Assembly: GCA_963699755.1 (NCBI GenBank)
Contig: CAVOVB010000002.1
Coordinates: forward strand, 256,001 to 320,000
Source: an uncultured delta proteobacterium
Lineage (GTDB): Bacteria; Myxococcota_A; Polyangia; Polyangiales; Houyiibacteriaceae
Length of the DNA stretch: 64,000 bases
Direction of reading: 5' to 3'
This document shows positions 40,862 through 51,207 of this stretch, one piece after another. Position 1 is the first letter of the stretch. Every line of letters begins with the position of its first letter. Both the position numbers and the translations under genes were made by a program. Under the pieces are notes generated by a model that worked only from the letters and a program-made list of their open reading frames with translations, ran no database searches and had not been told where the DNA came from.

Positions 40862-41748
40862 GCCAGGATCCCAATCGCGAAGAGCACACCGAACAGGGAA
40901 AGAAGCTTCGCTGTGCCGGCGAGCGTTTGATTGAGAACGACCCCGCGATCGTGGGCAACCGAGCGATAGAGCCGAATCGCCCAGACCATCGTGAGAAGAG
41001 GAAGGCAGACCCAGGCGCTGCTCCAACCGAGAAGGAACATGCCGATGGGCATTGCGTATGAGAGGAGCAGCAGGAGGGCGTATTCCCGCACACCGGCTTC
41101 CCTGCCGAATCGAACGACGAGCGTCGTCTTGCCAGCCCGGCTGTCGCCTTCGAAGTCGCGCACGTTGTTCACGACCAGAATCGCGGTAGCAAGGGCGCCG
41201 ATTGGAACAGAAGCGAGCCAAGCGATCGAGGGAACATAGAGCGCCTGCACGAACGCCGTTCCACAGACCGCCACGAACCCGAAGAACGCCATCACGAAAA
41301 CATCGCCGAGGCCGTTGTAGGCGAGCGGCAACGGGCCGCCGGTATACGCAAGGCCCGCGGCCATCGATGCGAGGCCGATTGCGACCACGACCGGGCCAGC
41401 AATCCACGCGAGATAGAAGCCAGTCCCGAGCGCAAGCCCGAAGGCGACCAGGATTCCACGACGGAGCTCGGGCACGCTGAGTAGACCGGCCTGAGCCGCA
41501 CGGGTGGGGCCCAGGCGTTCTTCGGTGTCGGCGCCCTTTTGAAAGTCGAACATGTCGTTGGCGAAATTGGTCGCGACCTGAATCAGAAAGGCGCCAAGCA
41601 AGGCAGCAAGCGCAGCATCCCAGCGAAATCCACCCGCCCGCCATGCGCAGGCGGTACCCACCGCAACCGGCGCGAAGGCCGCCGTGAGCGTCGCCGGGCG
41701 CGCGGCGACAATCCAGGCGCCCATCGAGCCGGGGGCGATCTCGGTCAT
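40858..41748 (-). CDS. menA: 1,4-dihydroxy-2-naphthoate polyprenyltransferase
   Basis: [38 protein letters not shown] and VNNVRD...D...GK.TL. Confidence 0.93.
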   Translation of the reverse strand: MTEIAPGSMGAWIVAARPATLTAAFAPVAVGTACAWRAGGFRWDAALAALLGAFLIQVATNFANDMFDFQKGADTEERLGPTRAAQAGLLSVPELRRGILVAFGLALGTGFYLAWIAGPVVVAIGLASMAAGLAYTGGPLPLAYNGLGDVFVMAFFGFVAVCGTAFVQALYVPSIAWLASVPIGALATAILVVNNVRDFEGDSRAGKTTLVVRFGREAGVREYALLLLLSYAMPIGMFLLGWSSAWVCLPLLTMVWAIRLYRSVAHDRGVVLNQTLAGTAKLLSLFGVLFAIGILA

Positions 41749-42494
41749 CGGCGCGCCAACTCCTCGACTCGCTTCAGCGCGGCAGCAACGACGGCCGGCG
41801 CTTCGAGCAAGACGTTGTGACCCACGCCATCGACGAGCTGCACCTCGATGTGCGCGTTGTCTGCTGCAAGCGCTGTGGCGACCTTGGAGAACTTCGAATC
41901 GAGCGAGCCAGTCATGAGGACGATCGGAATTTCGAGAGACGCGAAGGCAGCAGCATAGTCGGGCATCTCCGCCAAGCCCAGGATCTCGAGGGATCGGGCC
42001 AAGCCCTCCGGATCGTGGGCGAGCCGGTTCTCACGCTGCACGGCCAAGCGTTCCGGGGGAAGCGCGCGTTGGCTCGCGAAGAGGGGCAACGCTTCCCAAG
42101 CCGCGACGAAACACGCAAGCCCTTTCTCACGAAGCAGGCTCGCACGGCGGGAATCGATTTCGCGACGCTCGTCGCGAGCGGCTTGCTCAGTGAGGCCCGG
42201 GTGAACCCCGATTAGAAGCGCGCCGTCAAACAGGTTCGGCTTGGCGGCCAGCATCCCCAGCGCAAGCCGCGCACCGAGCGAGTAGCCACAAACGAAGCGG
42301 GGTTGGGTGATGTCAGACTGAAATGAGATGAGCCGCGACACTTCGTCCTCGAACGAGTCGATGGCCCTGCTCCGCCAATCGACCCCGTGACCGGTCAAAG
42401 CCGGAATGCACGGCAAGTCGCTGAGGTCGGCGCAATGGAGCATGGGATCGTAGCTTCGCGGCGAGCCCGTGAAGCCGTGCAGGAGCGTCCACAT
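41745..42494 (-). CDS. menH: SHCHC synthase (alpha/beta hydrolase)
   Basis: [17 protein letters not shown]...PLFASQ, D.KF and GHN. Lies between menD and menA. Confidence 0.85.
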   Translation of the reverse strand: MWTLLHGFTGSPRSYDPMLHCADLSDLPCIPALTGHGVDWRSRAIDSFEDEVSRLISFQSDITQPRFVCGYSLGARLALGMLAAKPNLFDGALLIGVHPGLTEQAARDERREIDSRRASLLREKGLACFVAAWEALPLFASQRALPPERLAVQRENRLAHDPEGLARSLEILGLAEMPDYAAAFASLEIPIVLMTGSLDSKFSKVATALAADNAHIEVQLVDGVGHNVLLEAPAVVAAALKRVEELARR

Positions 42495-44278
42495 CAAGAC
42501 GCCTCGCGCTGCAGTGCCCGCTCGACCCGAGCGATGAGATCGCGTCCTTGATGCAGCGCGCTATGTGGCGGCACCAACGCCTCGATGACGGTGCAACCTT
42601 CTCGTCGGTATCCAAGCTCGAGGGCTTGGCGCAACCCGATCACCGTGTCGACGCTTTGGAATGCGCATCCATAGAGCGAAGCGGCAGAGTGCAGGTCGGC
42701 ACCATGAGGAGTCGTGAAATAGGGGAGCCAGGCCTCCTTGCCGTCTCCCGCGATCGGCAGCTGCTCGAAGATCCGGCCGCCGCCGTTGTTGACCACCACA
42801 ATCACCAAAGGTCCCGCCAGCTGGGACGCCAACTGAAGCCCATTGATGTCGTGTAGGAAGCTGACGTCACCAATCAGCAGTGTCGTCACGCCGTCAACCC
42901 AGGACGCGACGCCAGCGGCGCAAGATACGACGCCGTCGATTCCACTCACGCCGCGCTGAGAGCAAACAGCCAGAACCTTCTTCCCGGGCGGCACCCACAT
43001 GTCGACGTCGCGGATCGACAGGCTATTTCCAACCACCAATGAGCTAGGGTCAGGGAGTGCATCGAGCAACGTGCGGGTTGCTCCAGCCTGTGTGAGCAGA
43101 TCACCGGCCTGAGCAACGATCGCCGATGCCTCGTCCCATACGGCGGACTCCGCCCACTCAAAGCCAGCCACGAAGTCTTCGTCGCGGCGGACCGGTCTGT
43201 AGGCAGACGAGCAAAGCGCGGTAAGGAAGGAACCGATGTCGGCTTGGACGATCGCCTCGGCGCTCGAGCTGGGGTCCGCCCATTCCCAAGGATGCACGAC
43301 GATGCGTCGAATCCGATGCGCTGCGCAAAGCTGCTCCCAGCCCCTGGAGGTCGGGCTTGCACCGAGCTGCAGAACGAAGTCCGGGAGGCACATCGACCTC
43401 CCACTCTCGGTTCGCCAAATGGTGTCGAACGCACCCAGCGCACGGGACTTCGCCCAGCACCGGAACTGACTCGTGGTTTCAGCAAGGACCAAGGCACCGG
43501 AACGCTCGGAAAGCTCGTCGAGCGCGTCGACGAACATCGCACTCCGCAGGTCGGCGGGACCGCATAGAATGACCGGACGCGCCGCGGCATCGAGCGCCTC
43601 GGCAACCGAATCGACGAGCAGCGGGGAAACGTGCTCGATGAGCTTCGGGTCGAGTGGTCGCGCGCGATGGAGCTGGGTGAGCGGCTCGCCGAGGATCGCA
43701 TCGACTCGCAAGGCGAGCTCGCGGCTGGCTGGCGCTGGCTCTAGTGGTTTGCGGGCCTGTGCATTGATGTGAACCGGACCCGGCTTGACACCGAGGGCTT
43801 CGGACACCGCCTGTGCGACGATGCGCCTGGCGGCCCGCAGGCTCGCCTCCTCGTCACGCGGTTCTCCGAGATTCGCGAAGAAGCGAACTTTGTTTCCGTA
43901 CAGCCCGATCTGATCCGTCGTTTGGTTTGCGCCGCAGCCATGGAGCTCAGGAGGTCGATCGGCGGAAAGCACGACCAGCGGAACGCCTGCCTCGCTCGCC
44001 TCGATGACGGCCGGAAAGTAATTGGCCGGCGCGCTTCCGGAAGTGCACAAAAGGAGCGAAGGCCGCAAGGTGCACCGCGCCTGACCAAGGGCGAAATAGG
44101 CGGCCGAGCGTTCATCCAGCACGCTCGTGCACTCGAGCTCCTCGTTTTCGAGGGCCGCGATCACGAAGGGCGTGGAACGCGACCCTGGACTGATGATCGC
44201 GTCCACGATGCCGGCTTGAACGAAGCTCTCGATGACGAGCCTCGCCCACGCGCTTTGAAGCTCAGCGGCCGTCCCCAT
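42494..44278 (-). CDS. menD: SEPHCHC synthase (ThDP-dependent)
   Basis: SPGSRSTP, DERSAAYFALG, SADRP, GANQT, RGVSGIDG and GDVSFLHD..NNGGG.IF. Start at ATG 44278. Confidence 0.93.
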   Translation of the reverse strand: MGTAAELQSAWARLVIESFVQAGIVDAIISPGSRSTPFVIAALENEELECTSVLDERSAAYFALGQARCTLRPSLLLCTSGSAPANYFPAVIEASEAGVPLVVLSADRPPELHGCGANQTTDQIGLYGNKVRFFANLGEPRDEEASLRAARRIVAQAVSEALGVKPGPVHINAQARKPLEPAPASRELALRVDAILGEPLTQLHRARPLDPKLIEHVSPLLVDSVAEALDAAARPVILCGPADLRSAMFVDALDELSERSGALVLAETTSQFRCWAKSRALGAFDTIWRTESGRSMCLPDFVLQLGASPTSRGWEQLCAAHRIRRIVVHPWEWADPSSSAEAIVQADIGSFLTALCSSAYRPVRRDEDFVAGFEWAESAVWDEASAIVAQAGDLLTQAGATRTLLDALPDPSSLVVGNSLSIRDVDMWVPPGKKVLAVCSQRGVSGIDGVVSCAAGVASWVDGVTTLLIGDVSFLHDINGLQLASQLAGPLVIVVVNNGGGRIFEQLPIAGDGKEAWLPYFTTPHGADLHSAASLYGCAFQSVDTVIGLRQALELGYRREGCTVIEALVPPHSALHQGRDLIARVERALQREAS

Positions 44279-45617
44279 GGAGCGCTCCCAGAAGCGCCTG
44301 CATTTTGAGCTCGGTTTCCGCGTACTCCGCATCGGGATCGGAGTCGGCCATGATTCCGGCGCCAGCGTAGACCCAGGCCTTTCCGTCGCGTAGCAGTCCG
44401 GAACGAAGCGCGACCACGAATTCGCCATCGCCGGCAGCGTCGACCCAACCCACCGGAGCGCTGTACCAACCGCGGGCCTGGGCCTCGTGCTCGACGATCC
44501 ATCGAATCGCTTCGTTCGTTGGAACGCCCCCCACGGCCGGCGTGGGGTGCAGCGCTTGCACCAGGGCCAAGATGTGAGTCGGCTCGCGCAAACGCCCTTC
44601 GATAGGCGTCTGCATGTGCAAAAGATTTGGAAGCTCGCGAACGCTTGGCTCCGGAGCGGAGCGAAGCGAATCACAGAACGGCTCGAGCGCCTTGAGGATC
44701 GCCTGGACCACCAACTGATGCTCCTCCCGCTCTTTGGAGCTCTCCATCATTCGTGCTGCATCACCATGGGTCGTCGATCCGGCCAGAGCCTCACTCAAGA
44801 CCGATGGACCCCGACGCGAGATCAGAAGCTCTGGCGTCGCGCCCAGGAATGCGGCGTCGCCGCGCCAGAGTGCGAATCGAGTGCAGCCGGGAAAGCCGCC
44901 TTCGAGGCGCTTGAGAACGTCCAGTGAACCGGCTCCCGTCTCGAGCTCGACGACACAACGCCGCGCGGCGACGACTTTCTCGAAGATCCCGTTCTGGATC
45001 TCATGACGAATGTCACCAACCTGGCGCGACCAGGTCTCGCGATCGGCTTCTTCGATGCGACGGACCGAAACGGGAGGCGGAATGACGCCGATTGGGCGTT
45101 CCAGGCTGTCCCAGATCGCATCGAACACGTCGAGCGCTTGCTCGGCGGCTGGGCGTTCCAAACCGCAGGCTGCGAACGAGAGCCAAGCGCGCTCGTCGAC
45201 TTGATAGGTCCAGGTCGGCAGGAGCAAGAAACCATCTCCAAAGCTCTCCCAGGGCATCTGCCCCGCCGCACCCGGAGCAAAGGAGGCCCCGCCAAATACC
45301 CGGGGCGTGGGACTCGCTTCATGCGCAATATGGCTCGTGTGATCGAAGAAGTCACCGATGGACGGGGCATTGGTCGGTAGAGTGGTCGCCACTCCAATCC
45401 CGGAGCAGGCGGTGCCTTTCGGTGGATCCCAGAGAATGCTCGCCTCGTGCGGAAAGGCACGAAGCAGGGCATCGGGCGGCGCAACCGGCGCTGGCACGGT
45501 GACGATGAGGTGATTTACCTCGGAGCGATGCGCGTTCAATGCCTGCTCGAGGAGTGACCGCGAGCTTTGCCGAACCGCTGCGCCGTCGAATGCAAAAGCC
45601 GCGCTCTGCGACCTCAT
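44262..45617 (-). CDS. menF: Isochorismate synthase
   Basis: KVVAAR, FLGATPE, EALAGS, KEREEH, LHPTPAVGG, RGWY and AGAGI...S....E..ET..K. Confidence 0.9.
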   Translation of the reverse strand: MRSQSAAFAFDGAAVRQSSRSLLEQALNAHRSEVNHLIVTVPAPVAPPDALLRAFPHEASILWDPPKGTACSGIGVATTLPTNAPSIGDFFDHTSHIAHEASPTPRVFGGASFAPGAAGQMPWESFGDGFLLLPTWTYQVDERAWLSFAACGLERPAAEQALDVFDAIWDSLERPIGVIPPPVSVRRIEEADRETWSRQVGDIRHEIQNGIFEKVVAARRCVVELETGAGSLDVLKRLEGGFPGCTRFALWRGDAAFLGATPELLISRRGPSVLSEALAGSTTHGDAARMMESSKEREEHQLVVQAILKALEPFCDSLRSAPEPSVRELPNLLHMQTPIEGRLREPTHILALVQALHPTPAVGGVPTNEAIRWIVEHEAQARGWYSAPVGWVDAAGDGEFVVALRSGLLRDGKAWVYAGAGIMADSDPDAEYAETELKMQALLGALHGDGR

Positions 45618-46345
45618 GATGCGGCCCCTCGTGGCTCAGCCACGTACAGATTGCAGGCGCCGAAGGTGAGCGGGTTCACTTCGAGCACGTTCAAGCCGGA
45701 AGCCCGCATCTGATCGGCGAACTCATCGGCGGGCGGAAAGGCCGCGATTGATTCTTGAAGGTACTTGTACTCGCGCGAGCCCGACAGCATCCCACCAAGT
45801 CGCGGAATCACTTTGCGAACATGGAAGCGGGCAATCGGACTGAGCCAGCCCACGCTCGGCTCGCCAAGCTCCAGCACCGCGACGCGGCCGCCGGGTTTGG
45901 TGACCCGCGCCATTTCGGCGAGCGCGGCGCTTCGATCTGGAACGTTGCGTATGCCAAACGCGATGCAGCAACCGTCGAAGGCGTCAGTCTCATAGGGAAG
46001 CGCCTGTGCGTCACCCAGCTCGAGCCGTACGCGATCGGCAACACCGCTTCGTGCCACTTTCTCGACACCCACTTCGAGCATTCGACTCGAAGGATCGCTT
46101 CCGACGACCTGCGCGTCGGGGTGACTTCGGGCGATCATGAGGGCCAGGTCGCCTGTTCCGGTTGCGAGATCGAGCACGCGAGCCCCGGCGGACAGCTTCA
46201 GCGCAGCAACGGTTTTTCGACGCCAGGACTGGTCGATGCCCATCGACATCAACCTGTTCAGGAAGTCGTAACGGCCCGCAATCTGGTCGAACATCTCCCC
46301 CGAGCCCGGATTGGGCGAGCTGGTCTCTTGGACCGCTTCGCTCAC
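45614..46345 (-). CDS. menG: Demethylmenaquinone methyltransferase (UbiE/MenG)
   Basis: MFDQIAGRYD.LN.LMS.G.D..WR, LDLATGTGD, FGIRNV and Y.YL.ESI..FP. GTG 46345 overlaps the HMG-CoA reductase stop. Confidence 0.9.
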   Translation of the reverse strand: MSEAVQETSSPNPGSGEMFDQIAGRYDFLNRLMSMGIDQSWRRKTVAALKLSAGARVLDLATGTGDLALMIARSHPDAQVVGSDPSSRMLEVGVEKVARSGVADRVRLELGDAQALPYETDAFDGCCIAFGIRNVPDRSAALAEMARVTKPGGRVAVLELGEPSVGWLSPIARFHVRKVIPRLGGMLSGSREYKYLQESIAAFPPADEFADQMRASGLNVLEVNPLTFGACNLYVAEPRGAAS

Positions 46346-47556
46346 TGAGCACCTCGTTCGAGCTTCTTGGCTTGCAGCCGTGCGTTCTCCTGCACCTCCT
46401 GCTTGCGAGAATGGAGCCTCATGTGACCGCGCTGGATGCCCTCCCCGGCCAGTGCGCGAAGCGCCGCCAAGTTCGATGCCATGCCAGCCGCACCCATGAC
46501 GACGGCGAGCTCCCCCGCATTCTGGATGCCCATGAGCTCGAAGCCGGCGCGAACGCCACGATGGACACGCGTCGAGCCGCCGACGGTACCGACGGCCATC
46601 GGCATGTCGAGCTCCCCGTGCACCCCACTCTCGGTGCGGCTCCAAACGACGAGCGGCCTATAACGCCCGGTCAGCGCAGCGAACGCGTGGGCCCCCGCTT
46701 CAATGGAGCGCCAATCCTGCCCCATCGCAAGGGCCACCGCATCGATGCCGTTCATCACGCCCTTGTTGTGCGTAACCGCGCGGAAGGGATCGAGCTCAGC
46801 AAAGCGGCTCGCCTTCACGATGCCGTCTGCGAGCTCCGGGCCACCGAGTGCATCGACACTCACGTCGCAGCGCACTTTGATGCGACGTCGCAGAGGCAGA
46901 TTGCTGAGGATGCGCAAGCCGACCGTGCCGCCGGTCAGCTCCTGGATTCGTGGAGCGACAGCTTCGGCGACCGCGTCTACGACGTTGGCGCCCATCGCAT
47001 CGCCCACGTCGACGTAAAGATGCACGACCAAAATCCCGTCGTCTTCGTCGAGCACGCGCACGTCGAGATCACGGGAGCCACCGCCCCGCTCGACCATGCC
47101 CGGGATTGCTTCGTCTGCGATCTGGAAGATGAGATCACGCTCGGCTTCCACGCGGACCTTCGCCGCTTGCGGATCGGGCACATCATCGAACTGCACCTGC
47201 GTCGTCATGATCGGCGCCGTAGCCTCGCCAAAGAAGCCGCCGGTCATACGCACCTGACGCGCAGCGTTCGATGCCGCCGCGACGACCGAAGGCTCCTCCA
47301 CCGACATGGGTACCAAGACGTCGTTGTTGTTGACACGGAAATTGAGCGCGATCGCGAGAGGCAGACCGTGCACGCCGATCACGTTCTCGCTCATGCGGTC
47401 GGCGACCTCGAGCGTGAGGCGCCCGCCGTCCTGAAGATGCCTTACCGAATCCTCGGATAGCAGGCCGGTATCGATCATAGTTCGCAGCCGCTGCTCGACA
47501 TGCTCGCGGTAGAACCCCGGGATGCGGCTAGTCACGGTTGGTGGTTGCTTGGACAT
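46342..47556 (-). CDS. mvaA: Hydroxymethylglutaryl-CoA reductase, class II
   Basis: ENVIG, EEPSVVAA, DAMGAN, THNKG, GQDWR and GIQRGHMRLH. Confidence 0.92.
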   Translation of the reverse strand: MSKQPPTVTSRIPGFYREHVEQRLRTMIDTGLLSEDSVRHLQDGGRLTLEVADRMSENVIGVHGLPLAIALNFRVNNNDVLVPMSVEEPSVVAAASNAARQVRMTGGFFGEATAPIMTTQVQFDDVPDPQAAKVRVEAERDLIFQIADEAIPGMVERGGGSRDLDVRVLDEDDGILVVHLYVDVGDAMGANVVDAVAEAVAPRIQELTGGTVGLRILSNLPLRRRIKVRCDVSVDALGGPELADGIVKASRFAELDPFRAVTHNKGVMNGIDAVALAMGQDWRSIEAGAHAFAALTGRYRPLVVWSRTESGVHGELDMPMAVGTVGGSTRVHRGVRAGFELMGIQNAGELAVVMGAAGMASNLAALRALAGEGIQRGHMRLHSRKQEVQENARLQAKKLERGAQ

Positions 47557-47580
47557 CGATGACTCTTTCCTGGTTGCTCG

Positions 47581-48651
47581 CTAGGACTCCCGGTGGACGG
47601 TGGCGCGAGCCACCGTGATCAACGCATCTCGTGCCCGCCCCTCGGGCAGCCCGTTTAAGGCCGAACAGGCCTCGTCGGCTTTGTGAATCGCCAGCTCGCG
47701 CGTCGCCTCGAGCGCGCCCGTCAGTTTCAGCGCGGACAGTAATTCCGACTTCGCTGCGTCGGACACCTCGTCTACAGGGCTCGCGACCAGCTCCTCCAGA
47801 ACAGACCGGAGTGAAGGGTCCCGCTCGAGGGCGACAATCACGGGGTACGTCATCTTGCCCTCGCGCAAGTCGGTGAATGGAGATTTTCCGATCGTCGAGC
47901 TTTCGCCCGCGTAGTCGAGCTGGTCGTCGATCAGTTGAAACGCGACACCGAGGTGAAGCCCATACTCTTCGAGCGCCTGGCACGCTCCAGGGTCGAGACC
48001 GCCGGCCCGGGCGCCCGCGAACATCGCCCAGCGGAAAAGCGCAGCCGTCTTTCCCTCGACCACCTGCATGTAGGTATGCATGCGGGCGTCGATGCGGCCA
48101 CGGTTTTCGAGCTGAATGGCCTCCGCGAAGATCATCTCGTCGATGATGTCGAGCAAGCGGATCAAAACATCGGGCATTTCGGCAGCTCGAACGCGGCGAA
48201 GCGCATCGACGAGCAACCAGTCACCGGCAAAAATCGACGCGGCATTCCCATAGAGGGTGCGGGCGGCAGGCACACCGCGACGTTGATCACCCGCGTCCAC
48301 GACATCATCGTGCAGGAGCGTCGCACAATGCACGAGCTCCACCGCCACCCCGAACGCGCGCGTCTTGTCGTCGAGGCCCTCTCCGAGCCGCGAGGCCAGA
48401 ACTACGCACATCGGACGGAGCCTCTTCCCAGCAATTTCGAGCAAATGATGCGCGCTCTTGTGCACCAAGCTCTCACCGAGAGGCAGACCCTGGATATTTT
48501 TTTCGAGCTCCGCCATGTCCCAACGCACCAATCCGGCGAGGTCGGCCAAGTCCGCAGAAAGGTCTCGAAGGCCCTGCGAATCGCAGACGGCCTGCAGGCT
48601 TGTCAGCACGTCAGACGACGAATCGGATCGAAGCGCCGCAATCAACGACAT
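47581..48651 (-). CDS. Long-chain trans-polyprenyl diphosphate synthase
   Basis: GKRLRP, LLHDDVVD..RRG, GKTA, FQLIDDQLD and DLREGKMT.P. Start at ATG 48651. Confidence 0.9.
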   Translation of the reverse strand: MSLIAALRSDSSSDVLTSLQAVCDSQGLRDLSADLADLAGLVRWDMAELEKNIQGLPLGESLVHKSAHHLLEIAGKRLRPMCVVLASRLGEGLDDKTRAFGVAVELVHCATLLHDDVVDAGDQRRGVPAARTLYGNAASIFAGDWLLVDALRRVRAAEMPDVLIRLLDIIDEMIFAEAIQLENRGRIDARMHTYMQVVEGKTAALFRWAMFAGARAGGLDPGACQALEEYGLHLGVAFQLIDDQLDYAGESSTIGKSPFTDLREGKMTYPVIVALERDPSLRSVLEELVASPVDEVSDAAKSELLSALKLTGALEATRELAIHKADEACSALNGLPEGRARDALITVARATVHRES

Positions 48652-48682
48652 CTCGGGCCTCCGCTGAGTCTTCGCTGGTGCA

Positions 48683-49258
48683 TCAGTCTTCTTCTTCCGC
48701 TGCTTGCAGATCGGCTGGGTTGAGCATGCGACCTGCGACCAGCATACGAACGAGCCGTTCGCCGGCTTTGGATAGGGCGGCGAGCCTTGCAAGTCGCTTG
48801 CGCATGTAGTCCACGCGCCGGCGCTCCTCGCCCCTGAGCTGATCGCGCGCCTCATCGAGAACGCGCTGTGCTTCGCAGAAGGCGTCGCTCGCTTCGCGTA
48901 TGAGGTTGAGCTCCCGGCGTTCGTACACGCGACGAAGGAGCTTCCAAACACTGCTTTCCGCCTGATAGAAGTCTTTTCGTTCACCGGGGAGCCAGGTCTT
49001 GCGCACAGCGCCCCATCGAACCAGCTCCCCGAGGGACAAGCTCACCGCGCTGCTGCTCAGCTGAAGCGTCTCCGAGAGCGCTCCGGTGGTCATCGGCTCG
49101 GGGGAAAGGTAAAGGATCGTCCAGAGCCGTCCCATGTGGCGGCGGAAGCCCCAGAACTCCATCAATCGCCCCATCGCGTCGGCCGCACGAAGTTCGCCCT
49201 CACGCCATAAAGGCTGAGAATCATTCGGTTCTGTCTGTTTGGCGGCTGCGGTGGGCAC
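48683..49258 (-). CDS. GbsR/MarR family transcriptional regulator
   Basis: FWGF.R.MGR.W..LYLS.EP, LS..AVS..L.EL..WG.V and GERKDFY.AE winged-helix pattern. Confidence 0.85.
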   Translation of the reverse strand: MPTAAAKQTEPNDSQPLWREGELRAADAMGRLMEFWGFRRHMGRLWTILYLSPEPMTTGALSETLQLSSSAVSLSLGELVRWGAVRKTWLPGERKDFYQAESSVWKLLRRVYERRELNLIREASDAFCEAQRVLDEARDQLRGEERRRVDYMRKRLARLAALSKAGERLVRMLVAGRMLNPADLQAAEEED

Positions 49259-49274
49259 TCGGGCGGCTCGGTTC

Positions 49275-49292
49275 GTTCAAATTTTATTGAAC
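49275..49292. promoter_or_regulatory. Inverted repeat GTTCAA-ATTTTA-TTGAAC, putative GbsR-family operator
   Basis: AT-rich perfect 6-bp arms, 16 bp upstream of the regulator start, in otherwise GC-rich DNA. Confidence 0.65.
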
Positions 49293-49391
49293 AGTCGTAG
49301 GACCGGGGCGGGAACGGGTCAAGTCGAAGGTCTCAGGAGCCGAAGCAGGGTGCGGATGAGGGGGATCGGAGTGCTAGACTCTGCAGCCCCC

Positions 49392-51074
49392 ATGAGCAGA
49401 AAACTCAACAAGTACAGCAGTCGAATCACCCAACCCCCGTCGCAGGGCGCATCCCAGGCGATGCTCCATGCAACCGGGCTGAGCAGGGGCGACCTGGACA
49501 AGGCGGAAGTTGGCATCTCGGCGGTCTGGTACGAGGGCAACAGCTGCAACATGCACCTCAACGAACTGGCCGGGGTCGTGAAGCGCGGGGTCGTGGACGC
49601 GGGGCTGGTCGGCATGCGCTTCAACACCGTCGGCGTCTCGGACGGGATTTCGATGGGCACCGACGGGATGAGCTACTCGCTGCAGTCCCGCGATTTGATT
49701 GCCGACTCGATCGAGACCGTCATGGCAGCGCACTGGTACGACGCGAACATCTCGATTCCCGGCTGCGACAAGAACATGCCCGGATGCATGATCGCGATTG
49801 GCCGCCTCAATCGGCCAGCGCTCATGATCTACGGCGGAACGATTCGCGCGGGCCGTGGAAACCACGGCGAGAAGCTCGATGTAGTCTCAGCGTTCCAGTC
49901 CTACGGCCAGCTACTGGCGAAATCGATCGACGAGACCAAGCGCCTCGACATCATCGAGCACGCCTGCCCTGGCGCTGGCGCCTGCGGTGGGATGTACACG
50001 GCAAACACCATGGCATCGGCGATCGAAGCGATGGGCATGTCTCTCCCATATAGCTCCTCGACGCCGGCAGAGGATCCTGGAAAACGGGAGGAATGCTTGC
50101 GAGCAGGCCAAGCTATCAAGCTACTCCTGGAGAAGGACATCAAACCGCTCGATATCATGACACGGCAAGCCTTTGAAAACGCCATGGTGACGATCATGGC
50201 GCTTGGTGGCTCGACCAATGCGGTCCTGCACCTCATCGCAATGGCGCGGGCGGTCGATGTTCCCTTGACGATCGATGACTTCCAAACGGTCAGCGATCGC
50301 GTGCCGTTTCTCGCGGACCTGAAGCCGAGCGGACAGTACGTGATGGAGGATTTGCACCAGGTTGGCGGCACCCCGGCCGTGCTTCGCTATCTGATGGCCC
50401 ACGGCGCGCTTCACGGCGACTGTCTCACCGTCACCGGCAAAACCCTCGCCGAGAATCTCGCGGGGCTTCCCGACTTGAGCGAGGGACAAGACGTCATTCG
50501 TTCTTGGGAAACGCCGATCAAGAAGACAGGACACCTCACGATTCTGCGCGGCAGCCTCGCGCCCGACGGTTCGGTTGCAAAGATCACCGGGAAAGAAGGC
50601 TATCAGTTCAAGGGGCCCGCCAAAGTCTTCAACTGCGAAGAGGACATGTTGGCCGCGATGGAGCACGACGGAATCGAGAAAGGCGACGTCGTCGTCATTC
50701 GCTATGAGGGACCGAAGGGTGGGCCTGGGATGCCCGAGATGCTCTCACCAACCTCGGTCATCATGGGAGCGGGGCTCGGTCAGGATGTTGCGCTCATCAC
50801 CGACGGCCGTTTCTCGGGCGGCTCGCACGGCTTCATCATCGGCCACATCACACCAGAGGCGCAGGAAGGCGGGCCCATCGCCCTGGTGCAAGATGGCGAC
50901 CTCATCGCCATCGACGCCAAGAAGCGATCGATCGATCTCGGGGTGCCCGATGCGGAGCTCGCAAAGCGTCGCGCCCGGTGGAAGGCGCCTGAGCTCAAGG
51001 CCAAACGTGGGACACTTTACAAATATATCAAGAATGTGAAATCCGCTTCGGACGGCTGCGTGACCGACGAATAG
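49392..51074 (+). CDS. ilvD: Dihydroxy-acid dehydratase
   Basis: [42 protein letters not shown] and TDGRFSG. Confidence 0.96.
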   Translation: MSRKLNKYSSRITQPPSQGASQAMLHATGLSRGDLDKAEVGISAVWYEGNSCNMHLNELAGVVKRGVVDAGLVGMRFNTVGVSDGISMGTDGMSYSLQSRDLIADSIETVMAAHWYDANISIPGCDKNMPGCMIAIGRLNRPALMIYGGTIRAGRGNHGEKLDVVSAFQSYGQLLAKSIDETKRLDIIEHACPGAGACGGMYTANTMASAIEAMGMSLPYSSSTPAEDPGKREECLRAGQAIKLLLEKDIKPLDIMTRQAFENAMVTIMALGGSTNAVLHLIAMARAVDVPLTIDDFQTVSDRVPFLADLKPSGQYVMEDLHQVGGTPAVLRYLMAHGALHGDCLTVTGKTLAENLAGLPDLSEGQDVIRSWETPIKKTGHLTILRGSLAPDGSVAKITGKEGYQFKGPAKVFNCEEDMLAAMEHDGIEKGDVVVIRYEGPKGGPGMPEMLSPTSVIMGAGLGQDVALITDGRFSGGSHGFIIGHITPEAQEGGPIALVQDGDLIAIDAKKRSIDLGVPDAELAKRRARWKAPELKAKRGTLYKYIKNVKSASDGCVTDE

Positions 51075-51113
51075 AAACTCGGTTCACGCGCGAGCACGGA
51101 CCGTTCGACCCGG

Positions 51114-51138
51114 CCGGGACGCCGTTGGCCCGGTTTTT
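51114..51138 (+). terminator. Possible intrinsic terminator after ilvD
   Basis: Bulged GC stem CCGG(GAC)GCC-GTT-GGCCCGG followed by TTTTT. Confidence 0.3.
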
Positions 51139-51207
51139 CCAGCGATTTCGTGGTCCACCCCTACACTGAAGCAGGTCAGGTCAGACAGCTGCCGCGGGGG
51201 ATTGATC

